Origin: Myxococcota bacterium
Lineage (GTDB): Bacteria > Myxococcota_A > UBA796 > SXON01
Assembly: GCA_040386535.1 (NCBI GenBank)
Contig: JAZKFH010000067.1
Span: 48,204 to 112,203 of the forward strand
Reading direction: 5' to 3'
Length of the DNA: 64,000 nt
Made by a program: the position numbers and the translations under genes. Each line of letters begins with the position of its first letter. The first letter of the stretch is position 1. The notes under the pieces were generated by a model. That model made no database searches. It had not been told where the DNA came from and was given only the letters and a program-made list of their open reading frames with translations. Shown piece after piece: positions 60,901 through 64,000 of the stretch.

Positions 60901-62042
60901 CGCCGCGACCCGCGCGCTGTCCGCACGGCCACCTCGATGTCCGCGTGGCCCCCGACGCGCGCAGCCTCTGTCCACAGATGGGTCATGCGGGCGCGAAACT
61001 CCGGCTCCATGCGCGCGCGAAACGTATCGGCGCTCTCAGGGCCCTCGCTCGGATCCAGCTCGAGGTTCCGATACATCTGCTCGGACCACTCGGTCTTCTG
61101 GGACACCAGGTCGACCGACCAGCCCCCTGTGCTGGTGAGCTCGCTCGTCTGTCGGAACAGCGCTTCGCTGCGCCGCAAGGCCTCGGCGGTCTCGGTCTCC
61201 TCGGTGACATCCCGCACGACCATCAGCACTTCGTTCGTGTGCACCCGGCTGAAGCGGACGTCGAACTGACGCCGCCGGCCTTGGACGTCCAACGGATGCC
61301 GATACGTCTGCTGGGCGCCGGTCTCGATCGTCAGGGCGATCAAGCGCAGGTGCTCGGCCGCGATCGGCGGCGGGAGCAGCTCCGCCAGGGACATTCCGAG
61401 CGTGTAGGCGGGCCGGTCGGCGAGGGGGAGCCAGGAACCTCCGTGGAACGCTCGCAGGATCCCGCGCGCGTCGAGGCGGAACACGATGTCCGGGAGCGCA
61501 GCCACGAGCGCGTCCAGGCGCTGCTCCTGCACGAGCGACGCGCTGGGGAGCTCGGTGACGAGGCGGCGGACGAGCTCGGCCTCCGCCCAGTAGGCGAGCA
61601 CGCGGAGGGTGGCCTGGGCGCGCGCATCGAACGCCCGCGGCTCGCGGTCCATCACGCACACCGCGCCGACCCGGCGCCCGGCGACCATGAGCGGGTGCCC
61701 GGCGTAGAAGCGGATCTGTTCGGGGCCGCGCACGAGCGCGTTGTCGTGGAACCGCGCATCGGACCAGGTATCCGGCACGATCAGCGGGGCGTCGGACGTG
61801 ATGGTGTGCCCGCACATGGAGACGTCGCGCGGGGTCTGGACGACCTCCGTGCCGACCTTGGCCTTGAACCACTGGCGGTCGGCGTCGACCAACGACACGA
61901 CCGCGATTGGCATGCCGAGCAGCTCACACGCGTGGCTCACGATCCGGTCGAACCCCTCTTCCGGCGGCGTGTCGAGGATGCCAAGCGAGTAGAGCGTTGC
62001 GAGCCGCTCCGACTCGTCCACGAGAATGCCCGGAAGTTGCAC
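57951..62042 (-). CDS. GAF/multi-PAS sensor histidine kinase with degenerate C-terminal receiver-like region (start approximate)
   Basis: GILDTPPE, IRFYAGHPL (GAF); several PAS/PAC; FLANMSHELRTPLN, NLLSNACKFT, DTGIG, GTGLGL. Confidence 0.92.
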   Translation of the reverse strand: MQLPGILVDESERLATLYSLGILDTPPEEGFDRIVSHACELLGMPIAVVSLVDADRQWFKAKVGTEVVQTPRDVSMCGHTITSDAPLIVPDTWSDARFHDNALVRGPEQIRFYAGHPLMVAGRRVGAVCVMDREPRAFDARAQATLRVLAYWAEAELVRRLVTELPSASLVQEQRLDALVAALPDIVFRLDARGILRAFHGGSWLPLADRPAYTLGMSLAELLPPPIAAEHLRLIALTIETGAQQTYRHPLDVQGRRRQFDVRFSRVHTNEVLMVVRDVTEETETAEALRRSEALFRQTSELTSTGGWSVDLVSQKTEWSEQMYRNLELDPSEGPESADTFRARMEPEFRARMTHLWTEAARVGGHADIEVAVRTARGSRRWMRIVGAAQREGDEMVRLYGACQDITQRKEAALESERRETQLRLLGDDLPDAGLFQLETGGESGARFTYLSSSLESLLGVSMADGTCDPVSLLQRLEGSDRRRLLVLGAASREAVSPLDAELRFTTPLGVRWLHVRCVPRLTPDGRCRWDGLVLDQTRRREAERNERLRSQKLAAVLQTAGDATFVIAGEIVEFANPAAEVMFGAQAGGLEGRRLDGLLPGWSPVRDASHPPRELSARKLTGLCFPVTCTTAALDADDRQVVVVRDQSETRWLEHRLEERGTLLSEMQRLAGIGAWKVDLRTGKLLLDEEFHRIHGTSADSETQDADVRMRVHPDERELMDSLMAEAIVRRGPVEKEFRIVRADGLRHVLTRAEMVYGDEGMPVVFRGFSQDVTERRRMEDERRRLLDERERLAQILDATPDIVSMADLEGRVLYVNRAGRHLGNLAPDANVEQLGLTVRACHPGGAWRHIESVAIPSALRDGVWVGESVLRSATGVGIPVAQTILAHRSSDGTIERISTIARDIRGQKRNERALAAARLRAEEANRAKSAFLANMSHELRTPLNAIIGFSDLLAQQIFGTLNPRQADYVGHIVAGGRHLLSLVDDILDISKVEAGRLTLDLVETAIGPLLVSVCSGMQPVAARGGLALDVVIAPDLPSLRLDVKRVRQILINLLSNACKFTAHGGRVSVEAAVADGDMTVRVSDTGIGIGREDLQRVFDEFEQIASSGGRPMDGTGLGLALSRRLADLHGGRLDVESEIGEGSTFTLRLPVKSLLAPPPIRALLVGHVPIVAAQLVEQLEQAGLHVDVVPGIDTALTRLEGRPPGVLILDAALRTGLDEQSPLLEAASRLELPVMFLGGVASVAEEDAVPPARWMTLARLRASAVPLPLMAGLRVWVFDIDQTLAALESLLRGGGATVRRGSSLSGAVAFDADLIVYSNAVEALEQPLHPTLPAVLIPPDLPVEEVAARAYRAMAGSVTPV

Positions 62043-62140
62043 ACCACCCCCGGCAGTACCGTAGCGGTGTACGCAAGCTCTGCAAATGCTCGAACAAGCG
62101 CCCGGCGCCTTGCCAATCAGGCGCAAGGTCCAAAAAGCGC

Positions 62141-62187
62141 AAGGGGCCCGCCCCGGATGGTTACCGGAGCGGGCCCTTGATCTTTTT
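62141..62187. terminator. Hairpin terminator downstream of lon
   Basis: AAGGGGCCCGCCCCGG...CCGGAGCGGGCCCTT stem with A/T tracts on both flanks. Confidence 0.65.
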
Positions 62188-62258
62188 CACCGCGCTCGTC
62201 CGGTTTCGCGGAGGGCTTCCAGCGCTTTCACGTCGGTGAAAGAGAAACGGTCGGCAAG

Positions 62259-64000
<1,742 letters not shown>

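Overview
This is a very GC-rich bacterial chromosome segment. Gene content suggests a Myxococcota-like organism (inference from alternative complex III, a DUF4388/J-like protein, an ECF-anti-sigma-caspase triplet and a MYXO-CTERM-like tail). It has two parts. (1) Positions ~1-18.5 kb form an accessory region downstream of the 3' end of a tRNA-Thr(CGT) gene. It holds the right half of an IS21-family element that truncates a WD40-like gene and a tightly coupled 10-gene minus-strand operon (2656-14388). In transcription order the operon encodes a small unknown protein, an NAD-dependent epimerase, a GT4-radical SAM-SPASM fusion, a WG-repeat/P-loop kinase fusion, a Cys-dependent PTP-like phosphatase, an alkaline-phosphatase-superfamily hydrolase, a GT2-TPR protein, a carbamoyltransferase-O-methyltransferase fusion, a histidine phosphatase and a nucleotidyltransferase. 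Next come a divergent ~805-aa HTH protein behind a tandem-repeat operator and a decayed restriction-endonuclease-like remnant. This operon is the best candidate for an undescribed system, most likely sugar/nucleotide tailoring. (2) Positions ~18.6-64 kb are core-like: Nudix, rsmD, actABCDEF, peroxiredoxin, epmB-efp-(tadG-like)-epmA-fabG, nrnA, a DEAD-box helicase with a long charged repeat tail, ferredoxin/LOG, an ECF sigma-anti-sigma-secreted caspase module, a ligand-less SodC-like protein, split propionyl-CoA carboxylase/methylmalonyl-CoA mutase genes, rubrerythrin-FeS oxidoreductase-DUF3501, a GAF/PAS histidine kinase with its response regulator, and the 3' part of lon. All family calls come from motif recognition by eye; no database searches were run.
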